From the NCBI GenBank assembly GCA_040756235.1, contig JBFLZG010000132.1, positions 1-64,000 on the forward strand: a stretch of 64,000 nucleotides of DNA. Direction: 5' to 3'. Of this stretch, positions 38,616 to 47,475 are shown in pieces. A program made the position numbers and the translations under genes. The first letter of the stretch is position 1. Each line of letters starts with the position of its first letter. This DNA is from a bacterium. GTDB lineage: Bacteria > Desulfobacterota > DSWW01. The notes under the pieces are model-generated. The model saw only the letters and a list, made by a program, of their open reading frames with translations, searched no databases and was not told the DNA's origin.

Positions 38616-39359
38616 TCAGCACCACAGTTTTTCGTAGGACATCTTCTCCAGGACCAGAGACAGGTCGAAAACCTGATTCACCATCCACTTCAAGTAAGCG
38701 TTCACCGCCCGCTTGGTGGCCCGGATCGCGAAGGTGTTGCCCGAAGCCAGCTTTTGGGCTTTCTCCCGGACCGTCTTCTGCAGATCGTCGTGCGCAACGA
38801 CCTGGTTGACGAGGCCGATCCTCAAAGCTTCCTGAGCGTCGAGCATCTCGCCGGTCATGAGCAGCTCCTTGGCCTTGTTGACCCCGACGAGCAAAGGCCA
38901 GATCACGGCGCCTCCGTCTCCGGCAGCCAGCCCGACCTTGACGTGCGTGTCTCCCAGCCTGGCTCGGTCCGAGGCGATCACGATGTCGCAGAACAGGGCC
39001 AGGGTGACTCCCAGGCCGGCGGCCGGCCCGTTCACGGCTGCCAGGATCGGCTTGTCGGTTTCGACCACGGCGTGGATGAGCTTCCTGGCATCCCGGAAGA
39101 TGGCCTCCGCCGCTTGGCGAGGGTCGTCCTGAGTGAGGCCTCCTTTCAAATCGGCGCCCGAGCAGAATCCCCTCCCTGCTCCGGTCAGCGTCATGACATC
39201 GGACTCATCGTCCCGGCCGAAATCCAGGAACATCTCGGCCAGCTCGACGTGCATGCGGGCGCTGATCGAATTCAAGGACTCGGGCCTGTTCAGGGTAGCC
39301 GAGAGGATTCTTCCCTCCTTCTCGAATCGGATGAACTCGTATCGGCCGTAATCGACCAT
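38616..39359 (-). CDS. Enoyl-CoA hydratase/isomerase family protein
   Basis: LNRPE.LN, FCSGADL, KP.LAAVNG.A.G.G, GL.AGDGG. Confidence 0.9.
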   Translation of the reverse strand: MVDYGRYEFIRFEKEGRILSATLNRPESLNSISARMHVELAEMFLDFGRDDESDVMTLTGAGRGFCSGADLKGGLTQDDPRQAAEAIFRDARKLIHAVVETDKPILAAVNGPAAGLGVTLALFCDIVIASDRARLGDTHVKVGLAAGDGGAVIWPLLVGVNKAKELLMTGEMLDAQEALRIGLVNQVVAHDDLQKTVREKAQKLASGNTFAIRATKRAVNAYLKWMVNQVFDLSLVLEKMSYEKLWC

Positions 39360-39437
39360 GTGCCTTCCTCCTCTGGCTTTGGTGATGGATGAAATGGAAG
39401 GGTGGCTCTCGTCGGCCTGCGCGGAAGGGTGCGGGCG

Positions 39438-41180
39438 TCATGCCGCCTCTTCACCTCGTCCGTCCCGCGAAAATGCTTCGACTTCCTGGAGCAAGTCCCC
39501 TGCCATCGCCTCGATCTGTCTCAGCCGAGCCTGCAACTTGGATTCCGCCTCTTGCGCCAGTTGCCGAGTAAACTTTCCGCGGAGCTTGTCGATCGTTCGG
39601 CCGGCCTCGCGCACCTCCCGGTGAGCGAGCCAGAGGGAGAGCAGGATCTCGATCAGGATGAACGCGATCAGGGCGACGAGCCCGTCCGGCCGGAAAAGAG
39701 ACAAGACGATCTGGAGCCCCATCCGCAGGGCGTCCGCAACGCCGGGCTGCTCCGCGAAGGCCTCGATTCTTTCCGGACCGGCCAGGGCGACCAGCAGCAG
39801 GAAAAGAGGGAGACTCAGCCAGAGCCGCTGGACCATCCTGCGGAGCCTTCCTCCGATGCCCGGAGATCCTGAGGAGGAGAGGGCCTCGGCGAGCAGAGAA
39901 AATCTCTCGCTCCCTGCGCGGCGGATCGATTCAACTTCGAGCTCCCACTCCCGGCCGACATCCTTGAAAGCCTCGGCCGCTTCCGTCAGCTCGAACCGGT
40001 AGAGCAGGGTGGCCAGCCTGTCGACGGGAATGGACAGCTCCTGTTTCAGGCTGCCGAGCCGCTCGTCGTCCGGATCCGGGGCAGACTCCCACCCGGGCCT
40101 CTCGTCTTTCCCGGGGCCGGGATTCTCGGGCCCTTTCCACAGGCGGCACAGGAGACCCACGGGGGCGACGGCCTCCTGTCGCGCGAGCCAGGACCGGTGT
40201 AGAAGGGCGAGCGTCCGGTCCGTGAAGAACCGATCGAGCACCGGCTGAAGAGCCTTTCCGGAGAGCGCCTGGAGACGGCCGCGGACGCTCGCGAGAACGG
40301 GTTCCAGCGGGGCGCGGAGCAGGCCCAGCCGAGCGCAGAGGCCCTGTACCCGGTTGTGCAGGGAGTCGAGCTCGACGGCGATGTTCGCCGCCTTGATCGC
40401 GAGGATCTCCTTGTGCTTGCGTTGCCGGAAAAGCGACTCCCGGAAGCGTAAGAAATCGTCCCGCAGGCACGGCGCGGCCTGCGGGTTCGTTCCCTGCCTG
40501 GCCGAGAACTGATAGATCCTTGGTGCCCGGATGCCGGCGTCTTTGAGCTTGAGAGAGAAATCGCCGATCAGCCGCGAGACCTCCTGCGGGGCCGCATCCG
40601 GAGAAGTGATCTTGTCGATCTTGTTCATGACGAAGACCATGTTCTCCTGGTGCTTGTCGCAGCTCTTCAGGGTCTCATAGAAGGGCAGGTCGCCGTACTT
40701 TTCCGGCGAGGAGATCCAGACGATCAGGTCCAGACGATCCAGGAAGCCGAGCACGCGCTGCCGGTGCTCGGTCACCAGGCTGTCGAAATCCGGGAAGTCG
40801 TAGACGGTCAGGTGCCGGATCTGCTCGTTTCGGTGGGTCCGTTGCGGCTCGCCCAGGAGGAAGGGGGGAGAGTCGGCCGGCGGCAGGGCGTCCGCGTGAC
40901 GGTAGACGATGATCCGGTCCGTGTGGGGCCTGCGGTCCGACACGGATGAGATTGTCTCCCCGGCCAGGGCGTTGATCAGCGTGGATTTCCCGACTCCGGT
41001 CCCGCCGAGCAATCCGACGTGAAGAAGAGGCTCTCCCGTCTCGGCAAGCCTTTGGCGCAGCGCATCGAGCCCCTTCAGCCAATCCCGCCTTTGCTCCTCC
41101 GGCAGGAGGTACCGGGCTGACTCGACCCGTCTGGCGAGATCCTCGATGCGGCCCGTCAGCTCTTTTCTCTCAGACTGCAT
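39438..41180 (-). CDS. Dynamin-like/Era-type GTPase with C-terminal TM segments
   Basis: GGTGVGKS, RPHT, DFPDFDS, NKID; long helical stalk; two hydrophobic segments. Confidence 0.78.
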   Translation of the reverse strand: MQSERKELTGRIEDLARRVESARYLLPEEQRRDWLKGLDALRQRLAETGEPLLHVGLLGGTGVGKSTLINALAGETISSVSDRRPHTDRIIVYRHADALPPADSPPFLLGEPQRTHRNEQIRHLTVYDFPDFDSLVTEHRQRVLGFLDRLDLIVWISSPEKYGDLPFYETLKSCDKHQENMVFVMNKIDKITSPDAAPQEVSRLIGDFSLKLKDAGIRAPRIYQFSARQGTNPQAAPCLRDDFLRFRESLFRQRKHKEILAIKAANIAVELDSLHNRVQGLCARLGLLRAPLEPVLASVRGRLQALSGKALQPVLDRFFTDRTLALLHRSWLARQEAVAPVGLLCRLWKGPENPGPGKDERPGWESAPDPDDERLGSLKQELSIPVDRLATLLYRFELTEAAEAFKDVGREWELEVESIRRAGSERFSLLAEALSSSGSPGIGGRLRRMVQRLWLSLPLFLLLVALAGPERIEAFAEQPGVADALRMGLQIVLSLFRPDGLVALIAFILIEILLSLWLAHREVREAGRTIDKLRGKFTRQLAQEAESKLQARLRQIEAMAGDLLQEVEAFSRDGRGEEAA

Positions 41181-42951
41181 GGTTCTTGCGATCACGGGGG
41201 GGGAGAGCCCGGTCGGGCCGTCTCATGCCGACGAGAAGCCTCTCGAGGAGATCGAGGTCAGCCGGGGACACGAGGCTTTGATCGAGGACCTGCCGGTAGC
41301 GTTCGTGTTGAACGAGCAGGACGTCCCGCAGCTGCTCCTTGTAGCGCCGGTCGAGCTCCTGCCCCAGCTCTTTCAACTCCTGGTACGCGAAAAGCTCTGC
41401 GGCGCCCTTGCTGAGGAACGGCATGATGATGGAGTCGAGCACCGCCTCGAACAGCGTCAGGCCGCCCCCGACGACGGTCTCGATGGTCACGAGAAAGACC
41501 CCCCAGAGGAGGGCCGTGGAGTAGATGCCCCATTCCTTGGACTTGGAGATGCCCCTGGCCATCTCCGTGAACTTGGCCTGCAGCCAGTCTTCGAGATCGG
41601 CCTGCTTGCGGAAAAAGATCGATTCGATCTCGTCCGGGGTCAGCGCGAGATCTTCGGTCCGAAAGGCCGTCCGGAGCTCCTCCCGGCCCAAAGCGTTGAT
41701 CTCCTCGTGGGCTTTTCGATTGTACGCGTGCATCGCCCCATGCAGCGGCTGCAGAGGAATTTGCCGGTGGATCTTTCCCAGGTCCCGGCGCCTCTTCTCC
41801 TCGTCCGGGGCCGGCCTGTAGCCGAACAGGGCCAGAGGAGATGCGAGCAGCCGGGTCACGTAGCTGCGCGGTTTCCGGAGCAGGTCGTAGCGCCTGAAGA
41901 TCCGGGAGATCTCGGTCTGGAGGTGCCGCCGGCTGGCCGCGTCCATGCCGGCGGCGCTCTTCTCCAGGAGAGCCCGTTCGGCCTCGGCGAGGATCTCCTC
42001 GAGCTTGCGGCCGAGCTGATCGCCCATTTCCCGTTCCGCGCGCAGCCTCGAGAAGAGCGCTTCGGACTGCTTCAAGAGGCGCGTGTTGAGAACCTCGAGC
42101 TCCTGCAGACGGAGCGCCGGCGGATGAGAGGCTTCGACCTGCTGCAGCAGGGTGTGTCTGAGGCGCGTGAGATCGGCTTCCTGCGCCAGCCTGGCCTCCG
42201 GCTCGCTCCCGTCTTCCCACGGCAGGGCAAAGTAGCGATCGGGAGGCAGGGGCGTGGCGGCAGCCTGGCCGCTGATGCGCTCCCGCAGCTCTTCGAAAGC
42301 GGCCCTGGACTCGACCTTGTTCATGACGATGAAGATGGACTTGCCCTCCGTCAGGGCTTGTCGGAAGATCTGAAAGGGGATCTGGTCCCCGTATTTCTCC
42401 TGACTGGTGATGAAGCAGATCGCGTCGGCGACGATGTAGATGTCTTCGGCGATTCTGCGATTGCCGGTGGCCACGCTGTCCACGTCGGGGGTGTCGATCA
42501 GGAACAGGGACTCCCATGCGGGATCCCGGTGGAGAAGGAGGCGGATCTCCTGCGGGTCACCCGGCTCCTCGCCGGCCTGCGTCGACAGCGCAGTGCTTCG
42601 CTTCTCATATTCAGGAAGGAGCAGACCGTCACCGAACAGGTGGCCGTGCCGCTCGTGACAATAGAGGACCGGACCCTGTGTCTTGGGCCGTTCCACGCCT
42701 GTCGTGCTCAGGTGCCGCCCGGTCAGAGCATTGAAGAGGGTCGACTTTCCGGTCCCGGTCCCGCCTTCCAGAGAGATCAGGAGGGGAAGAGCCGGGTTTT
42801 CGAGCTTGGTTCGGAAGATCCGCACGCTTTTTCGATAGCCCTGCAGGAGGGGGTAGGAGTCGGTGGGTTGGCCCACGGAGCCGAGGCCCGGGGATCTTTC
42901 CGCCACGGCCAGAAATTCCGCGAAAGATGCCCATTTCCTTGGGTCTTCCAT
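41170..42951 (-). CDS. Dynamin-like GTPase, partner subunit
   Basis: GGTGTGKS, RPKT, DTPDVDS, NKVE; helical stalk; hydrophobic C-terminal region. Confidence 0.78.
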   Translation of the reverse strand: MEDPRKWASFAEFLAVAERSPGLGSVGQPTDSYPLLQGYRKSVRIFRTKLENPALPLLISLEGGTGTGKSTLFNALTGRHLSTTGVERPKTQGPVLYCHERHGHLFGDGLLLPEYEKRSTALSTQAGEEPGDPQEIRLLLHRDPAWESLFLIDTPDVDSVATGNRRIAEDIYIVADAICFITSQEKYGDQIPFQIFRQALTEGKSIFIVMNKVESRAAFEELRERISGQAAATPLPPDRYFALPWEDGSEPEARLAQEADLTRLRHTLLQQVEASHPPALRLQELEVLNTRLLKQSEALFSRLRAEREMGDQLGRKLEEILAEAERALLEKSAAGMDAASRRHLQTEISRIFRRYDLLRKPRSYVTRLLASPLALFGYRPAPDEEKRRRDLGKIHRQIPLQPLHGAMHAYNRKAHEEINALGREELRTAFRTEDLALTPDEIESIFFRKQADLEDWLQAKFTEMARGISKSKEWGIYSTALLWGVFLVTIETVVGGGLTLFEAVLDSIIMPFLSKGAAELFAYQELKELGQELDRRYKEQLRDVLLVQHERYRQVLDQSLVSPADLDLLERLLVGMRRPDRALPPRDRKNHAV

Positions 42952-43138
42952 CCGCACCCCTCTGCCCCATCCAGGAAAAACCGGACGGAGGTCCCTCCTT
43001 CCTCCATCTTACCCATTGCAGAGGGGCACTTCAATTGAAGGGGCTCGCAAGAGGCGGCCGCCCGGTGGGCAGCGAGGATGTGGAAGCGCTCGGCGGCCGT
43101 CTCGGCGCCTGCCGCCGGACGCATGCGGAAACGCCGGG

Positions 43139-44125
43139 TCAGAGAACCCCCTTGTGCTCCTTCAGGCGCTTCAGGAGAGCGGGCAGGAAGACCTGGACGT
43201 CTTCGACGATGCCGTAGTGAGCGAAGCGAAAGATGGGTGCATCGGGATCGTGGTTGACGGCCACGATGCACTGGGATTGCTGCATCCCGGCGAGGTGCTG
43301 CACGGCGCCTGAGATTCCGAAGGCCAGGTAGAGGCGAGGCGAGACCGTTTGCCCCGTGAGCCCGATCTGGTGCTCGAGCGGAAGCCAGCCTCGATCACAG
43401 ACCGGGCGGGAGGCGCCGAGGGCGGCTCCGTGGAGCAGGTGCACAAGTTCCTGCAGGAGGGCGAGCATCTTCTCGTCGCCGATTCCCCGGCCCGCGGCCA
43501 CGATTGCGGCTGCCCGGGTGAGGTCCATCTGCGGTCTGCGGGGCCGACGCGCCGCCAAGGTTTCGCTTCGGGTCGGTTTCAGGTTCAGACTCGTCGGATA
43601 GACCTTGCCAGGGACAGATGACCCTTCGGGGTCCGGCCGCCATTCCCGGCGGGCGACGGTCGCCACCACCCTCCGCGTCGAAGCTGCTTTCAATGTCTCG
43701 ACGCGCTTCCCGTACAGGGTTTCCCTGGTAAACGTGACGTCTGCGCCCTGCCCATGGATCCCTGTCAGCGAGGAAACGTACGGCGCATTCAGCCGGAAGG
43801 AGAGAGCCGGCGCCAGGTCCATCCCCAGGCTGGAATGGGGGAGCAGCAGGAGCCAGGAGTCCTGCTCGGCGAGCCAGGGGACCAGGGCGCCGGCGTGTGC
43901 CTCGGCGTTGTAGGAGGCCAGGGCAGGGTGGTCCAGCGCGTGCACGTCGCTGCCCGTGAGGACAGCCAGTTCCCGGGCAAGAGGGTCCACCCGGTGCCCG
44001 AGCAGGAGCCAGGCCGCGGGTCCCGGAGGTCGCTCGATCCACTCCCTTGCGAACCAGGAGAGTCCGAGGGAACCCGGGCAGATCTTCCCCTCCACGTGCT
44101 CGGCCAGCAGGAAGATCCTCTTCAA
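43139..44125 (-). CDS. etfA: Electron transfer flavoprotein alpha subunit
   Basis: AAGRG, GASRP, QIGLTGQTV.P.LY, GISGA.QH.AGM, DAPIF. Confidence 0.93.
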   Translation of the reverse strand: MKRIFLLAEHVEGKICPGSLGLSWFAREWIERPPGPAAWLLLGHRVDPLARELAVLTGSDVHALDHPALASYNAEAHAGALVPWLAEQDSWLLLLPHSSLGMDLAPALSFRLNAPYVSSLTGIHGQGADVTFTRETLYGKRVETLKAASTRRVVATVARREWRPDPEGSSVPGKVYPTSLNLKPTRSETLAARRPRRPQMDLTRAAAIVAAGRGIGDEKMLALLQELVHLLHGAALGASRPVCDRGWLPLEHQIGLTGQTVSPRLYLAFGISGAVQHLAGMQQSQCIVAVNHDPDAPIFRFAHYGIVEDVQVFLPALLKRLKEHKGVL

Positions 44126-44138
44126 CGGCGTCCCCTAG

Positions 44139-44405
44139 AAGCCTGTCCAGAATTCGGCTCCTGGAGGCTGTTGAGAAATGGCCAGATGCAAGGCGCGCGA
44201 CAATTCCGCAGGACAGCGGAATTGGACGCATCATCCGCCAGGATGATGCGTCCGAAGGGCGAGCGCCATGGACGGCGCGAGTCAAATCCTGAGGAATGAG
44301 GCGTAACCGGGAGGCACAGTGGACCCCGGCCTTCGCCGGGGCAGGCTCCCCCAGCCTCCATTCCCCTGAGTGCAACGCAGCAGATGGGCATTTATGGACA
44401 GCCTC
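44139..44405 (-). mobile_element. MITE-like element, copy E, CTAG target duplication, with nested hairpin insert
   Basis: CTAG at 44135-44138 and 44406-44409; TIR GAGGCTGTCCATAAAT / AAGCCTGTCCAGAATT. Confidence 0.82.
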
Positions 44406-45179
44406 CTAGAGAAGCTGCTTCTTCTCGAGGACCTCCAGCAGCCTGCCCGCGGCTTCCTGCGGTGAACCGGACAGGTAGACCGCGGACCCGCATGCCTTGG
44501 GGAGGCCCACTCCGGCGCACTCGAGAAGTCGGGGGACCCGCTGTCCAGAATTCGCACGGACGACCTCGATCGGTTGGCGCCTGGCGCGCAGCTTGTTGGA
44601 GAGACTGGGGTATCGGGGCTGGCGGGTGCCGGATTGAATGGCCAGAAGAGCCGGCAGCGGCAGAGCGACCGTTTCGGAGTAGCCGTTCTCCCTCTCCCGC
44701 TCGGCAACGGCTCTGGCGGAAACCGGGTCCACCTCGAAGCTGAGAACGGAGGTCGCGTAGGGGATCCCCAGGGAGCAGGCCAGGAAAGGCCCGGTCTGGC
44801 ATCGCTGGTCATCTTCCGCCATCACGCCGGTCAGGATGAGATCGAATGGCCGGCCGGCGGCCCAGGCGGCGATCTCGTGGGCGATCCCATACGCGTCCCT
44901 GAGCGCGGAGCTCTCATCGAGGATATGGACCCCGTGATCCGCGCCCATTTCAAGGGCCCTGAGGACGGCAGAGCGAACCCGTTCCGGGCCGACGGACACG
45001 GCCGTGACCGAACATCCGGGCACCTTGTCCTTCAGGCGGAGCGCCTCCTCGAGAGCGTACTCGTCATACAGGTTCATCCGGAAGGACAGGCCGGCCTCCG
45101 TGTAACCCGGCGCAGCGTCCTGCGGGAGAAAGCGGTTCTCGGGGGCAGGGACCTGTTTGACGCAAACCAGAATCTGCAT
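44406..45179 (-). CDS. etfB: Electron transfer flavoprotein beta subunit
   Basis: ILVCVKQVP, N.YD.YALEEA, AL.MGAD, PRYPSL. Confidence 0.93.
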   Translation of the reverse strand: MQILVCVKQVPAPENRFLPQDAAPGYTEAGLSFRMNLYDEYALEEALRLKDKVPGCSVTAVSVGPERVRSAVLRALEMGADHGVHILDESSALRDAYGIAHEIAAWAAGRPFDLILTGVMAEDDQRCQTGPFLACSLGIPYATSVLSFEVDPVSARAVAERERENGYSETVALPLPALLAIQSGTRQPRYPSLSNKLRARRQPIEVVRANSGQRVPRLLECAGVGLPKACGSAVYLSGSPQEAAGRLLEVLEKKQLL

Positions 45180-45216
45180 TCGGCGCACCGGTAAGCGGGT
45201 GGATGAATCGGAGGAG

Positions 45217-45325
45217 TCATTCCCGCGAACCCCGGATCAAGTCCGGGGCAGGCGCGGGAAATCCCGCTGCGCCCAGGGATCTCGCCTCGCGGCCGCTACG
45301 GCGGCCTTGGCCGGGGGGGATGACC
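45217..45325. repeat. GTCATTCCCGCG...GGGATGAC REP-like composite palindrome
   Basis: Terminal IR GTCATTCCC/GGGATGAC; internal CCCCGGA-TCAAG-TCCGGGG hairpin. Confidence 0.65.
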
Positions 45326-45369
45326 TCCTTATTTCGAGGGCACCCCTTCGAGTATGATGATATGCGTAG

Positions 45370-45457
45370 ATTATACGAATCGCGCTCGGCGCGTGTCAAT
45401 GAAAGCGAACGTTTGTTCTAAAATTCCTTGACAAGAGGGGCGCTCCTTGCCTATAGG
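45370..45457. promoter_or_regulatory. Divergent sigma70 promoters for etfBA and the ACAD operon, with candidate TetR operator
   Basis: Minus TTGACA (45394-45399)-N18-TATAAT; plus TTGACA (45428-45433) with weak -10; GAAC-N4-GTTC at 45407-45418. Confidence 0.7.
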
Positions 45458-45512
45458 AGAAGGGAGTCCATGGAAGGTTTGGGATTGCAGAACGTGGAGG
45501 GAGGGAATCGAA

Positions 45513-46724
45513 ATGGATTTTGCGATCTCGGAGAAGATGCGCGTCATCCTCGAGATGATCCGTGAGTTCATGCAGAAGGAGGTCTATCCGCTGGAGCCCC
45601 TGTTCGTCAAGAGATCGTTCCGGGAGATGCTTCCCGAGCTCGAGAAGAGGCGCCGGATGGTGAAGCAGATGGAATTGTGGGCCCCCCAGGCGCCGAGAGA
45701 GATCGGTGGAGTGGGCCTCTCCCTGACCGAGCACGCCATGGTGAGCGAGGAGCTGGGGAAGAGCCCGATCGGGCATTTCGTCTTCGGCTGCCAGGCGCCG
45801 GACGCGGGCAACATCGAGATCCTGCATCTCTTCGGCACACCGGAACAGAAGGAGCAATATCTGCTGCCCCTGGTCCGGGGAGAGATCCGGAGCTGCTTTT
45901 CCATGACGGAGCCGGATTGCCCCGGTTCCAATCCGACCGAGATGGAGTGCACGGCGGTCAAGGACGGCGATGACTACGTGATCAACGGCCACAAGTGGTT
46001 TACGAGCTCAGCCGAAGGCTCGAGCTTTGCCATCGTCATGGCCGTGACGAACCCGGAGAATCCGCCGCACCTCAGGGCGAGCCAGATCATCGTGCCCATG
46101 GGGACCCCGGGGTTCGAGATTCTGCGCAACATCCCCGTGATGGGTCACGTGGGGGACGACTATGCGAGCCATGGAGAGGTGATCTATCGTTCCTGCCGCG
46201 TGCCGCGCAGGAACCTGTTGGGGCAGGAAGGTCACGGTTTCATTATTGCCCAGGAAAGGCTGGGCCCCGGCAGGATCCACCACTGCATGCGGTGGATCGG
46301 CATCTGCGAGAGGGCCTTCGACCTGATGTGCAGGAGGGCGAGCGAACGCCGCATCGCGGGCGACAAGACGCTGGCCACGCGCCAGATCGTTCAGGCATGG
46401 ATCGCCGAGTGCCGCGCGCGGATCCAGGCTGCACGGCTCATGGTGCTCCACGCTGCCTGGAAGATCGAGCAGGAGGGCCAGCACGCGGCCCGCGAGGAGG
46501 TCTCGCTGATCAAGTTCTTCGTGGCCGACGTCATGCTCGACGTCATCAACAAGGCGATCCAGGTCCACGGAGCTCTCGGGGTGACCGATGACACCCTTCT
46601 GTCCTTCTTCTACCGGAACGAAAGAGCCTCGAGGATCTACGACGGACCCGATGAGGTCCACAAGGTCGTGGTGGCCAGGAGAATCTTGAGGTCCTATGCG
46701 TCCGGTCAGGGCGGAAATCCCTGA
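45513..46724 (+). CDS. Acyl-CoA dehydrogenase (ACAD10/11-like clade)
   Basis: CQAPDAGN.E.L, MTEP, NGHKWF, AQERLGPGRIHHCMR, RIYDGPDEVH. Confidence 0.92.
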   Translation: MDFAISEKMRVILEMIREFMQKEVYPLEPLFVKRSFREMLPELEKRRRMVKQMELWAPQAPREIGGVGLSLTEHAMVSEELGKSPIGHFVFGCQAPDAGNIEILHLFGTPEQKEQYLLPLVRGEIRSCFSMTEPDCPGSNPTEMECTAVKDGDDYVINGHKWFTSSAEGSSFAIVMAVTNPENPPHLRASQIIVPMGTPGFEILRNIPVMGHVGDDYASHGEVIYRSCRVPRRNLLGQEGHGFIIAQERLGPGRIHHCMRWIGICERAFDLMCRRASERRIAGDKTLATRQIVQAWIAECRARIQAARLMVLHAAWKIEQEGQHAAREEVSLIKFFVADVMLDVINKAIQVHGALGVTDDTLLSFFYRNERASRIYDGPDEVHKVVVARRILRSYASGQGGNP

Positions 46725-47475
46725 GGCTTCGAGGGAGATCGTGTCCGGGTTTCAGCATTTTCAGGAGGAAGAGGCACCCTCCTGGGCGGAGATCTGCAGG
46801 GCCTTCTTCCGGCAGAATCGAGAACGGGTCCGGATCAAGAAGGAAGCCGTGGCGGTGCGCAATCTGCAGAGGGTCCTGCCGGCCGCTCTGGCCCTGAGCA
46901 AGTCCAAGGGCTTCCATGCCATGACCTTGAGGGACTTGGGCCGGGCCACGGGGTTGAGCACGGGCGTGCTGTACTCCTGCTTCGCCTCCAAGAAGGATCT
47001 GCGCGGCATTCTTCTGGAGCAGGGCGTCGCTTTTATCGTCCGCTATCTGCGTGAGAAGATCCGGGGGGCGGACACGCCGGTGGAACGCCTGCGCTCGGCC
47101 ATCCGTTACCATATCTATCTGAGCGAGATTTTTTCTTCGTGGTTCTATTTCCTGTACATGGACGCCAGGAACCTGGCCAAGTCCGAAAGGAGGCGGGCCA
47201 TGAGGAACGAGATGGCGACCGAGCGTGTGTTTCTCGAGATTCTGAGCGAAGGGCAAGTCCGGGGAGAGTTCGCGCCAGGCGACGCTCGCCTGCTGGCGGC
47301 CGCCATCAAGGCTCTGCTTCAGGACTGGTACCTGAAAAGGTGGAAATACAGGAGGCTCGGGGTGACTGCAGACCGCTACGCCGATCTCGTCGTACAGATC
47401 GCGCTGGCCGCAGTCGGGGCAGGCTCCCCCCTGAACCTGACCCTGCAAGTGGGAAAGAGCCCAGGCCATGGATGA
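46696..47475 (+). CDS. TetR-family regulator
   Basis: GFHAMTLRDL..ATGLSTG.LY..F.SK; start uncertain. Confidence 0.85.
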   Translation: MRPVRAEIPEASREIVSGFQHFQEEEAPSWAEICRAFFRQNRERVRIKKEAVAVRNLQRVLPAALALSKSKGFHAMTLRDLGRATGLSTGVLYSCFASKKDLRGILLEQGVAFIVRYLREKIRGADTPVERLRSAIRYHIYLSEIFSSWFYFLYMDARNLAKSERRRAMRNEMATERVFLEILSEGQVRGEFAPGDARLLAAAIKALLQDWYLKRWKYRRLGVTADRYADLVVQIALAAVGAGSPLNLTLQVGKSPGHG

